64,000 nucleotides of DNA from Phoronis australis. Taxonomy: Eukaryota > Animalia > Phoronida. The position numbers were made by a program, and so were the translations under genes. The stretch is taken from assembly GCA_002633005.1 (NCBI GenBank), contig NMRA01000008.1:1648567-1712566 (forward strand), in the 5' to 3' direction. Positions 1-10,944 of this stretch are shown piece after piece. Below the pieces are notes generated by a model that saw only the letters and a list, made by a program, of their open reading frames with translations, ran no database searches and had not been told where the DNA came from. Position 1 is the first letter of the stretch, and every line of letters starts with the position of its first letter.

Positions 1-433
1 CCAAAACTACTAGAGATCTCGCAGTTTTGAAATTTCGCACAAATCATTCACCTGTACGTAATATTTGAAATATTATAATTTAACTTTCCAAGATGCCTAT
101 TAGTACGACGACAGTTTATTTATAGTTTATGCATTTACCGGCAGAGGACCTCTCGGTATTTCACGTTATCGTGTCTGTAGACGTTTGTGTTATTTGTGTT
201 AGTCTCTTCTAGCTCAGTCACGTAGCGAGTTTCCTTTTAATTGTCGCAAAGGTCATCTAACTTTGAAAATGTTTTTCTCCTACAGTTTTAAAATCATGCT
301 ATTCAACATCGGACCACATGTGTAAGTTAAAATGGAACTTATCTTTGAGGTTATGGTGCACTTATTGGATCATTGGAGGCATTTGTTTTCTGGGCGCAAT
401 AATTACTTTCATACTATGAAGCGGCAAAGGGTT

Positions 434-1050
434 TTTAAAACGAGTACCTTTCTGCGCGTAGAAAGTGTTTAATTTACTCGTACTTTTGCTTAATCTACGC
501 GTACTTTTAGTTCTTAAACAATCATCGTTCTGCTCTTATCCTACACGCATTTTTGCTTATAAATCTACGCGTGGTTTTTCTTAATCACCGCGTACTTTTA
601 ATCAGTCCATATAGTTCAGTCACGCTCTACTTTTACCGCTCGCGCCACAAGCGCGGGCAATGTTAAAAATGGCCAGTTGCCGATTTGGGCAACTGAACGA
701 AGGACTGCTCAAAAAAAATTCGGGACTTTGTTCGAGTTGGAAAGAATTAAAGACAGCGACGGCCTCCTAGGGTGTCCCTCTGTGCGCAAAAGGTATTGAT
801 AGCAACAACTAAGATGTTTTAATCACTGTGAGGCATAATGCGCTAAAAAAGCTTCTGGCTGGGCCCGGTCGAGATGGTGTCGCTGACTAAAGTACGCAAA
901 GATTAAGAGCAGAACGATGATCGTTTAAGAACTAAAGGTACGCGTAGGTAAGCAACATTACTGCATAGATTAAGCAAAAGTACGCTCAGGTTAAGCAAAA
1001 GTACGTGTAGATTAAGCGAATTTCTACACGCAGAAAGGTGCTCATTTAAA
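434..1050. mobile_element. Foldback/MITE-like non-autonomous DNA element with long terminal inverted repeats
   Basis: Left TTTAAAACGAGTACCTTTCTGCGCGTAGAAA is the inverse of right TTTCTACACGCAGAAAGGTGCTCATTTAAA. Inner pair 511-540 / 901-930 also matches inversely. Subterminal repeats TACTTTTGCTTAATCTACGCG / GATTAAGCAAAAGTACG. No coding capacity. Confidence 0.7.
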
Positions 1051-1159
1051 GGCGACACTAACCATTCCATCTGACTATAGAGGTCAAAGGTCAATGAGTG
1101 CACACGTAAATCTTGAGCAAGAGACTTTAAGCTTGGATATATGTAGGTACGCAAAATGG

Positions 1160-1305
1160 TGAATGTTGGCCAAAACCCTTTTGTCCACTGATGTCACAAG
1201 CATGATGGCGCCCCCAATGGAGGTTAGGAGACTTTGCACTGGTGGCCTGCCCTTATAGAGTCTGCGTGTGACGTCAGTGGACAAAAGGGTTTTGGCCAAC
1301 ATTCA
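1160..1305. mobile_element. Short MITE / ~39-bp near-perfect inverted repeat
   Basis: TGAATGTTGGCCAAAACCCTTTTGTCCACTGATGTCACA (1160-1198) is the reverse complement of TGTGACGTCAGTGGACAAAAGGGTTTTGGCCAACATTCA (1267-1305) with one mismatch. Confidence 0.7.
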
Positions 1306-4300
1306 ACATTCTGCTAGTCAGTACATGTTTTGATCCCAAACTTTGACGTCATTTTGTTACTAAGCGCAATTGTCTACTCTTTCATCCAGCCTGTATTCTA
1401 TACTGTATCGACACCTATACGCCTCTGGTTCTCAGCACTATCTACAGTTTTCGTTTGACTTACTATTATGATTCATGATGTCCAGAGAGGTCAATCGGTG
1501 CAAAAGTTATCATCTTCTCAAGATGTTATTCCTTCTGCAGTTTCAAAGACTTACTTTTCAACTTCATTGCAACATGCCAATCACAGGTACAACCTCTTTC
1601 AGACATTTAATCAATCAATCAAGGTCAAAGGTCACTTAGAGCAAACATAAACTTTAAAATAAACATTTTAAATTTAAGTATACGCATTCGATACAATATT
1701 CGCCATTTTCGTACAACGTTATAATGTATATACAAATAGAGCTTGAGAAACGTTTTTGGCGCCAAATGGGACCTTCTTCTTTACTAACGGAATTTTAAGG
1801 AACTGGAAATGTTTTTCAATGGGCAAGCCTGAAACCTACAAGCGTATGCATTTAAGATCAAATTTCATTCCTCCACTGCGACTATTTACCATTAACTTCA
1901 CTACACGCAGTATTTGAACCATCAGTCGGCAATTTTTTAATTTTTAAACATATTTTAAAATTTCCTTGCCACTTGGAGGAAACTAGTCTGATCGGATCAT
2001 AAGGTGTGTTCTTTAAAAAATTTTTGCTCTTTCATCATTAAATTTATATTATACTGCGTCAACAGTTAGATGTCCGTGATACTCAGTGCTGTCCACACTT
2101 TTTTACAGTTTAACTCATTTCTATTTTATTATTATGATTCATAATGTACACGTAAGGGCTGATTAGTACGAAGATAATCTAATTTTCAAACATGATATTT
2201 CTGCTACGTTTTTAAAGACACATCTTTCAACTCCGGTGCACAGGTGTCAGGCAACAGGTGAATTTATAAAAATAATTTTTTAAGCGGTTCAATTATCCAG
2301 TCAAATGTTAAAGGTCAGTGGTTATTTTCTGGCAAACATGTAATCGAAGTAAAGGCGTTAAATTCAATCAAAAACTTTGATGTCATTTTGGTGCACTTTG
2401 AACTGTTGTGAAATTAATCTCGAATTGCTCCTGTGTCAGAATAGGTGTGATATCTGGGCTTGGAATGTTACATCTTCAAACCAAGCTCATAAAATTTCAG
2501 ATGATCCGAATATAAGCGTCTATTAGGGTTACGAATTCTGTTGTCTTTGCTGTTACAAAATACTCAGATGGGTCTATACACCGAAGGCCCATATACTTTA
2601 AAAACCGTAAGATAAGACTGACAATTTATCAGGCAGTTCAAAAATTGTGCTACAGCCTGCTTGTTAGGGAGCTCTGAGTACACAGACTGTTGAAAATCGA
2701 TTTGTCAACTTCCGACAATAACAAATCTGTATGCATTTAGCCAGTCTAAATATTGGAAAAGTTTTGATCAAACGTTGGTCAAAGTATAGCTATTTGCTGT
2801 TTGAGATTTATCAATCTCACCTAAAATGTTGCACAAGCACACAAGAGAGTAGTTGGTTCTTTATTTTTATTTCCGTAATGTGAGTCATTAAAATGTTTTA
2901 ATTTACAAAGTTTAAACACGGAATTATGAATTTTCGGAATATAGGCCCTTCGGAGTATAAAACCTCAGTAAGACACATGAATGGGCAAATCCGTAAGGTA
3001 CGACCGCAATGAGTTTTTGACCCGATAACACGTAAGCTTGCGTTTACTGACCCATGCCACGCGTTCCTTATTGCTACACAAAACATTGGAAATCGATCTA
3101 GATATTCAACTAGTCCAGACCTCTCACCGGAGGGTGATAGGATAAATGGTAAGTGACTCAAAATGCGATGTCAGTGAAAATCCTCAGGAAGACATGTGGT
3201 CTTCATAAAAGGGAATTTGTGACTTATTTGCGACGTTAGCCCCGGCCCTCAAGGAGGTTTGGCATAGTTTTGCAAAAAACGTAATCTAGCCAATGTCTTA
3301 ATAGTGCATTGACAAAATTTAAAGAAGTTTGAATACTATTTTTTATTTCTAAGGAAAAATATTTGATTTAAAAATGATGACTTTGTTTTCAATTTTTGTT
3401 ATAAAGCGTTAAGTAATAGCGCACGACATCAAATTTCACGATTTCATATTAATCAATAGAAAAATCCCATTGCAGACATTTAGTGTGCCGTCATTCAAAC
3501 AGCAAATATGAATTTGTTAAAGAAGAATCTTCTCGTTTTGATTGTTCCCATGAACTAAACGTATTTCAAAATCCCAGCAACATAGCATGATTGCTGAAGT
3601 TTGTAAAATGCAACGTAGAATACTTTTGAACAATGAAAATGAGCCCGCCCTGAAATAGCACAACGCTACTTTCATATCATATGGTATCTACCCACATTGC
3701 AACACTAGTGTCAAGCACTTGTACTGCTTCTTTATATGCACGTGTTTCTTGTCACTATTCCATATCCTAATTAATATTTAATTCGATTGTAGTGGAGGCA
3801 AACTTGTCTGAATGAGTTAATTTAAGATGCAATGGTGACATCAAGAAATTGGCAAAAAGAGCAAACCCTTATTAAGGTTGTGCGATATTGCATGTTCTCA
3901 TAGTTTGGTATACATCATCGATGTTCTTTAATTATTCTTGGAAACCAGGGTGAGGGTACAACACTGGCGAAAACAAACCGCTGTCGGCTGGTCTCAAAGT
4001 TTTTCAAAATGAGCAATTCGCCCTGTTTAGCTAGGTGAAAACGAAAATTGAATCAGGCCTTTTAGTACCTTCATAAATTCGTTCTCGCAATAGTCCATAC
4101 TGATATAGCGTTCTATTTCCAATACCAACAGGAACATCTAAACCATAAGCGACTAAAGAAAACGTTTCAGAGTTTACTGGGGGTTGGCCAAACCAATCAG
4201 TTCATTTAGCTCATTGGCCAAACCTAAGATTGCGGAATTGAAAACGGCGCATGACCTATGACTTGAGGTGGTAACAGAAATAGAATCATGTCACGATAAA

Positions 4301-4379
4301 AAGTATTATGAGACGGAACTTATGAGAATAAGGGGCCTAATTCGATTTAAGCCAGCTGTAAGGAGCGACGTGCAGCTTT

Positions 4380-4534
4380 CAGGGGCGGATCCAGGACTTT
4401 GTGTNGGGGGGGGGGCAGGGCAGAGTATTAGCCAGGGTTTTCCCCGTCAGACATTCGCACCCGCGAACTGCCACGTGGAATCTGGGAGAATTTTAGGGGG
4501 ATGGTCCCCTTACCCCCCCTAAAATCCGCCACTG
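4380..4534 (+). mobile_element. hAT-like MITE, family A copy 1 (5-bp TSD GCTTT)
   Basis: Termini CAGGGGCGGATCC...AATCCGCCACTG, flanked on both sides by GCTTT. The same internal sequence (GGGCAGAG..TTAGCC..GGATTTT..CGTCAGACATTCGCACCC) recurs at 5693 and, inverted, at 17270. Confidence 0.8.
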
Positions 4535-5314
4535 GCTTTAAACGACAATTGAAATAAATAGTTTAAAATTATTGTCTTCTACTCCATACTGAACTTCTAG
4601 TCAATTGTTGTTTCCGTATAGGTGTCAAGGTTTGGTGTGAACTAATGGTCGGTGACCTCCAAGACCAATACACAATTGTGATTTAATTTGATTAATAGTC
4701 TCGATCTTTCTATAAATATAAAACTCGTGATCGCAGGATGAGTACGTCTTTACAAAGTCACTCAAACATTAAAAGTAACAGTTTATTTATTACAAGGTTT
4801 AGGCCTTCTCGGTGAGGGACGTCAGTTGTTACATTTCGGTGTTACTTACTAGCAATGGAAATGCAAAGTGACGAGTCACACTTCCAGTGCAGTCTTTAAA
4901 CCCTTTTGGTTGACTTCAAGTATATACAGCAAAACGCAAAAAGAATGACGCTTTATTCGAGACTCCTGTCCCATCGCCGTTGGTGGCCGCGGTCCCAAAG
5001 GGCACAGACAACTTCGATATGAATGTTTATCGACTGAGTACGACCACAGCTCAATGCGCAAGGAATTCAGGAACAATCCGACACAATAAGTATAGATATT
5101 TAATATTCGCTGGCAATGCATCGGCTGTACAATTTGAGTAATCCAAGTAAGATTTTCAAATGTGTCAAAACTGGCCGTCTCGTTTAAAGTTTTATACATC
5201 TTTTTCCTCGCTGTTCATTTTGCGTCACTCTTTCCAACATAGAGTTAGTTTATACTGTTTCAGTGTTTTCGATTGTAAGTATTTTTGTTATGAAAACCCA
5301 TCCGGTCTAAAGCG

Positions 5315-5468
5315 GGGCCGAGTTGCATGAAAGTTAATATACGCAGTATAGCAACAATGACGTCGCATTAACACGTGTCTCGTTGTTATTGTTGAACAAT
5401 GCACCTGACGTCATGCAACAATCAAACTTATCCAGCGGATAATCTTGAAGCTTTATGCAACCATGCCC
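5315..5468. mobile_element. Small MITE with GGGC..GTTGCAT termini (Harbinger-like)
   Basis: GGGCCGAGTTGCATGAAAG ... CTTTATGCAACCATGCCC form imperfect TIRs. Confidence 0.4.
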
Positions 5469-5692
5469 AAAAGTCTTCATTTTTGCCAGGTTATGTAAGA
5501 GCCTTAACGTGTCCGTATTTCGTTAACTTTTATTAGAACATCATCTCCGATATTATACTCTACGTACTAATCTACACAAATTTTCCACTTTTGCATGAAG
5601 TTTGATAAAAAATAGGGCTTTGCGATTTTTCTGAAAAAACTCAAACGAAATTTGGCCATATCATTGCTACCGTTGTTTTGAAATGACTATAT

Positions 5693-5853
5693 CAGGGCTG
5701 GATCCAGGATTATGAGTTAGGGTGGACAGGGCAGAGCATTAGCCTGGATTTTGCACGTCAGACATTCGCACCCCCACACTGCCAAATGGAATCTAGCAGA
5801 ATTTTAGGGGGGGGGGGGCATGGCCGCCTTGCCCCCTCCTAAATCTGCCACTG
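5693..5853 (+). mobile_element. hAT-like MITE, family A copy 2
   Basis: CAGGGCTGGATCCAGGA...AAATCTGCCACTG. Colinear with 4380-4534. Flanks are TATAT/TATAC. Confidence 0.8.
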
Positions 5854-6359
5854 TATACCAGTTTTATTTTTGCTTCATGTTAATTTTAATGATCACATGA
5901 TTCATTTTATGACAGATTGTTAAAACAGGTTAAAATATCAAATTCTACGGATTTTCTACTCCAAGAACGTATACACTTTTACTACATGAGTTAGATTCTA
6001 TAGTTTTGTTGGCTAAATATACAGAATTGCCGCCGAGGAACTGCACAACCTTAAACTTCATGAACGTTTTATCAATGGAATTGTTCTCATTTCATCGTTA
6101 GGTTATGAATTAAACTTTCATTTGCAATTGATTATCAGTGAGTCTTAAGTCAGATGCTAAAATAGAAGACCGGAAAATAAAACGTCAGCTACTCAGGATA
6201 TGAAGGAAATGATGAAGTAAGTAAAATGGACAGAAACGATAAACAGCTCAGGAAAGGAATATCTACTGTCCTTATCTGCCGTAACTGGGTTCCGTCGTAG
6301 GCCGCAAGACATTAGCTTGCACCTGAAATATAGAACAGTGAATTCAATACAGTAATTCA

Positions 6360-7620
6360 ACACTCCAACCTTACCGACCAATCACTTCAGCGGCCATTTT
6401 GTTAGGGCAGATTATTAAGGAGGTCCTCAACAGTTTTGAAGATTTTGGACTTGAAAAACCAGCTCCAACAATCTGTTCCACAGAATGTACAAACCCTGAG
6501 AATATGAACAGTATGATGGTCCAAAGACTTCAATAACCTTACACAAAGTCTTTTGAAACTAATTCCAAAGTCAAATTTTCATCTTTTGTCTTTTACGATC
6601 AGCGGAAGTGCATCTCTTTCACAGTGCTACGAAAGATAGCACTGTGGATTGTTTTTCATAATGGCTTCTCATTGGTTTAAAGAATGAAACCGATGTCATA
6701 ACTTTCAGTCATTCCCATTGGTTGAAATCTTGGAAACACCTTTCAGTTTACTGTTACGTAGTATGACGATCACCTTTGGCTTGAATAGTTGCAATTTAGT
6801 TAAACGGGTAGTGATCGAAGTAAACAAAACCAAGGGAACTTCGATCCCGTGGCTAAGCCCAAACAAGTACAGTGCATGTGTGCAAGTGGTGGCGATGTGA
6901 TCGATAAACTTCCGACCAAGCATGCGCATTGATGTCCACACATGGAATTCCGTGTGTGGTTAATCATGTTTCCACAGGGCCGCTATTTTCAGTATAGGTG
7001 GCGCTGTGTCAGAGGGTAAAGTGCATCTGGCTACTTAACTATCAAAATACACCAAATCAGCAGACGTTATACCAGAGCCAGCATTTGCATTACTACGAAC
7101 TGAGAGACAGTGCATTCGGTCTACCAAAATCCTCAGATTGGCCGGTTAGATTTTTTACAAACCCAAAGCGTCTGAACGGTATCTGAATTTCTTGCTAAAT
7201 TTCAACTTCTCGCTTGTAAGCCGTAATTAGATTTAGGAAAAGCCACGACTGCGCAAAAACTAAGCCAAGGTGCTATTACATTCAACTTGCAACCTTTCAC
7301 TCGGAACAGACTCACATATCAAGCAAATACCATTCGTGGCCTTCATAAGCAACACAAAACTTAACTTTGCCAAGCCAACCCAGCACGGTGCCAATTTCAG
7401 TGAAATTGGAGCAGGCGAATTTCACCCGGTGTCTACAAAAACTATTGAGTGCCACCGAATCTCGTGAGCATACTCGCGAAACAGTTGCCTTTCTCTTGCG
7501 TGATCTTTTGAGGTCTTGCGACAGAATGAGCTTGCTTTCTCACAAGACACTTACTATACGGAACGCTCTTACGTGGCCACTCTTGGAAAATAAAAAGCGA
7601 ATTCTTTTTTCAAAAGTACA
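6360..7620 (+). pseudogene. Possible highly decayed Penelope-like retroelement reverse transcriptase
   Basis: Broken + frames give motif-like pieces in the expected order: PYRPITS (cf. PLRPIVS), FVFYD..ISFTV (cf. SFDVxSLFT), QIPFV...KL.FAKPT (cf. LPFLD...YRKPT), VPISVKL (cf. HPxSVK). There are stops and frameshifts, and no YxDD motif is visible. Confidence 0.3.
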
Positions 7621-7864
7621 TATTCCACCCTACAACCCACTGTTATTGAATTAAGGTCGACTTCGATACAATGAATTTTTGTTGGCTAAACGGGCTTTCG
7701 TAAAGCGCCCATGCTTATGCGAATCAGTGATACTCGCCTGGTCCATCTCTGAATAACGAAGCAAAAACGGAAAATAAGAAGGGGGGAGGGAGGTGGCATA
7801 GTATCAGGAGTACATTCAAAGCATGACCATGAAGGATTATTAATTCTTTTTTCCAGAGAAAAAT

Positions 7865-9253
7865 ATGGCATCACGCAGGCCTTGTTTTACGCTGGTTCTG
7901 TTTGGCATTTTGATGATGCAAAGTCTACAAGAAGCTGAGCTATCTACGACGCAAAGTTCATCATCATGGCCATGGACGACGACACTAACAAACGGTACGC
8001 AAAACGCAACGACAGTGGCGGCGAATAGAGAAGATGACTTATTTAAAGATTCACCATTCATTGGTGACATTTTGAAATCTCATTTCGCGCACAGGGTGTC
8101 CGTTTCGATAAACAGCTATAAATACTGTGTGATAATTTTTATTGCCATACCTTCAAACGTATTTACAATCTTGACAATGAGATCAAGGATGTTGTTGACG
8201 CCATCTTGTTTTTTTGTCGGAATCATGGCCGTGTTTGATTCTGCCTATATACTATCCATGACAGTATACGTCGCATTTCCTGTGGTATTTAACGTCACAG
8301 TCAGGACCTCTGACAGTGGATGCAAAATCATGGGATTTATTTCAAACTTCTGTAGCTTTGTGGCTGCTGGATTAATAGTTTGTGTAACAATTGAAAGGTG
8401 TATCGCTATCGTCGCGCCATTTAAAGCGAAACAGTGGTGTACCCTGCGCCGAAGTGTTATCATTCTCGCTGGATTGTGTTTGGAGTCAGCAGCCTTTAAC
8501 ATATTTTGGACATTCAGGTCGTATTCCATATTCGATCCTATATTTGAGTCATACGAGTGTACTCTGAACGGCACGAGTTACGGTGTATTTGAACGATGGT
8601 CAAGCTCCCTCCACAGATGTTTCGTACCCGTCATCCTGTTGACTGTTCTTAATATTGTGACCATAACTAAGCTACAGTTGTTGGCAAGATCGCGACAGGG
8701 CAGCAGTACTTTAAATAAGAAAAAGAATGACATTACAGTAATGCTGCTATCCGTCTCTGTGGCCTTTACTGTGCTCACAGCTCCGTTTGGTGCTTATCTC
8801 ATTTATAATTTTCTGAAACATGACGATATCCGCAACGACCACACAATGTTTGAACAGGCAAAAGACTCGCTGTTCGCGTCTATTGTGTTCCTGTTTATCG
8901 ACATTAACCACAGCATTAACTTTTTCTTATTTTGTCTTAGCTCAAAAAGGTTCAGGAAGGATTTTATAGATTTGTGGAAAAAAAGTTGCAAGACACGGAA
9001 TGCATTTGGGCTAAATGGAAATGATACTTCAGACGATGTGCATGAAAAAGCACACGCACAAGCGAAACGGTCGTTGAACTCACCGGACCCTAATTCCGCT
9101 TCGTCATCGTCCGACCAGAGGCGAAGTTTGAGTAAAACGGGCAAAGAATTGGAAACGTCAGAAACTGCAGTTTTCAAAATGGATGACCTAAAATGCAACG
9201 GAATGCAAAATGAGTGCATCTACGAGAATGACCTTACACATACGGCCGTGTAG
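7865..9253 (+). CDS. Class A (rhodopsin-like) GPCR, invertebrate neuropeptide/FMRFamide-receptor-like orphan group; 462 aa, intronless CDS
   Basis: Seven hydrophobic segments with TM1 PSN, TM2 MAVFD, TM3 C..TIERCIAIVAPFKAK, TM5 VP, TM6 LTAP and TM7 INHSINFFLFCLSSKRFR. S/T-rich N-terminus with N-glycosylation sequons. Splice acceptor TTTTTTCCAG at ~7856 just before the ATG. Confidence 0.92.
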   Translation: MASRRPCFTLVLFGILMMQSLQEAELSTTQSSSSWPWTTTLTNGTQNATTVAANREDDLFKDSPFIGDILKSHFAHRVSVSINSYKYCVIIFIAIPSNVFTILTMRSRMLLTPSCFFVGIMAVFDSAYILSMTVYVAFPVVFNVTVRTSDSGCKIMGFISNFCSFVAAGLIVCVTIERCIAIVAPFKAKQWCTLRRSVIILAGLCLESAAFNIFWTFRSYSIFDPIFESYECTLNGTSYGVFERWSSSLHRCFVPVILLTVLNIVTITKLQLLARSRQGSSTLNKKKNDITVMLLSVSVAFTVLTAPFGAYLIYNFLKHDDIRNDHTMFEQAKDSLFASIVFLFIDINHSINFFLFCLSSKRFRKDFIDLWKKSCKTRNAFGLNGNDTSDDVHEKAHAQAKRSLNSPDPNSASSSSDQRRSLSKTGKELETSETAVFKMDDLKCNGMQNECIYENDLTHTAV

Positions 9254-10776
9254 CTTAAGTCGTTCGTGTTGCATACAATACAGAAGTCTGTTGTTTAGCA
9301 GTTCTATAGTCAGGGCCTACACTGTTCGCAATTTTTAGCACCTGAGGATTCAGTAAAATACCGCCTGCTGCTCGAAATAGGAAACCTTGCGACCATGGCC
9401 ATCAGCTGCCACTGCATAACGCCACAAAAGGAAGTAGCGTGCAAAGTCCGCTTGTTTGGAAGTGATTTTAGACACAAATGCGTTGATGTGGGATCGGAAC
9501 GTTCAGGCCACAGAAATGCCCACATGCAATTGGAGAATTTTGTTACGGTATTGTTTCAAAGCACTACGTGCCGTAAAGGCTTTTCTATGGATCTGTTTGG
9601 AGCCATCAACGACCATCGGAGAGGAGAACTCGTTGGATACACGAAAAAAGTTGACATTGAAGGTGATGGGTTTGAGTTCAAAGCAATGAAGAAACATGGA
9701 CAAGTTTACATATCTCCAACAGTAAATAAAAATCAACGTATGGAAATTGTAAGTGCCCTTGGGAACCTCAAGAACTGTAGCGCGTCCAACTGCCAATACC
9801 CTGGGCTTGTTGTGATGAGACGTCCTATCTCACTTTGTTAGACCCTATGAAGCACGTATACGCCAGGTCAATACAAAATTGGTCCAATTGTGCAACACAC
9901 AAAATCCTTATATTGGCAGATTTTCCAGAAGTTTAAGGAAACAAAAACAGTTTATCGTGTCAGTAAACGTTACAATTTACGTTGCAAAACTTTAGAGATT
10001 GAAAGGATCTGCTAACATAAGACGAACCATTCCTAGCTTTCTGTACACGATTATCTAAATAGACAAATCGAGAGAAAGGGAGCATGATCACGAGTACTGA
10101 GTCCCATTTAACTTTCTCAAAGTCAAACATAGGAGCCACACGGCATTCGAAACATCTTGTAGCGTTCCCCATGCTTTACCATATTTCCTGAGATTTTATG
10201 TTCTACGTTTTTATATACTTTGATCTTAACTATAAATACCTGGTTTCACCAACAAAATTTTGGAACGCCGTTTGTCGTGACATATGTGGAACATAAATCA
10301 TATTTGTGTAAACACGTGAACTCTTCATTACCATGCAAAGCGTGTTTTTTTTTTCTATCATTCGGGACGTTCCTTAAATCTCTGTACAAGACAGTTGTAC
10401 CTCGACTATGTTGGTTTCTAGTCATTCTGTCGGTTTCATTCTGCACGTCACAGGAGCATGGTCAACTCTTTGCTTTAACTCTCACATGATTCGGTTAGTT
10501 TACTGATGTTCGCAACCAAGGATAAATCCTTCAAAGCTGTAATATATTTTAACTCTCTGTCTACCTCCATTGCTGTTTCACTTACATACATTGTTTTATC
10601 ATATCACAACAGATATTTTAATTTCTTTTCTACAGTTTATTATATATTCTGTCACAATAAATGACCTAATTCCGCCTAGTCGCCTTTCTTTTTCATCTCT
10701 GGAGACAGACCCACTTCGTGTTCTTCGGGGCTTATATTTTGTGAGTTAGCGTTCCAAATAAACAGTATATCACCAT

Positions 10777-10944
10777 GGATTCAACATAGATCACCAATCG
10801 TTTCAATGGGAGGATTCAGCCAGTAAAAGATTATGTAGGCTTATGGAAATGAAGTTGCAAATTGCAGAATACTTCAACGGTTACAATGAAAATGGGATTT
10901 GTGATAATGCGGATATCGGGGTAGTGTGTTCACATGCAAAGTAG
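10777..10944 (+). pseudogene. Possible degenerate SRCR-like domain fragment
   Basis: Frame reads GFNIDHQSFQWEDSASKRLCRLM...NENGICDNADIGVVCSHAK*, resembling the SRCR motifs W...A.VVCRQLG and C...EDxGVVCS. The frame is bounded by in-frame stops. Confidence 0.25.

Larger units (their letters stand above)
100..2330 (+). repeat. Three diverged copies of an old repeat unit (~100-330, ~1390-1640, ~2050-2330), interrupted by the two elements above
   Basis: Shared motifs such as CAGTTTT...TACTATTATGATTCAT(G/A)ATGT, CTTCT(G/A)CAGTTT(C/T)AAAGAC...TTTCAACT and AAAGGTCA. Boundaries are approximate. Confidence 0.45.

Noticed and set aside
8245-9219. Antisense ORFs over the GPCR (similar ones over the M4, SLC52 and Mic60 genes)
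   Set aside because: Shadow frames of real coding sequence with no independent motifs.
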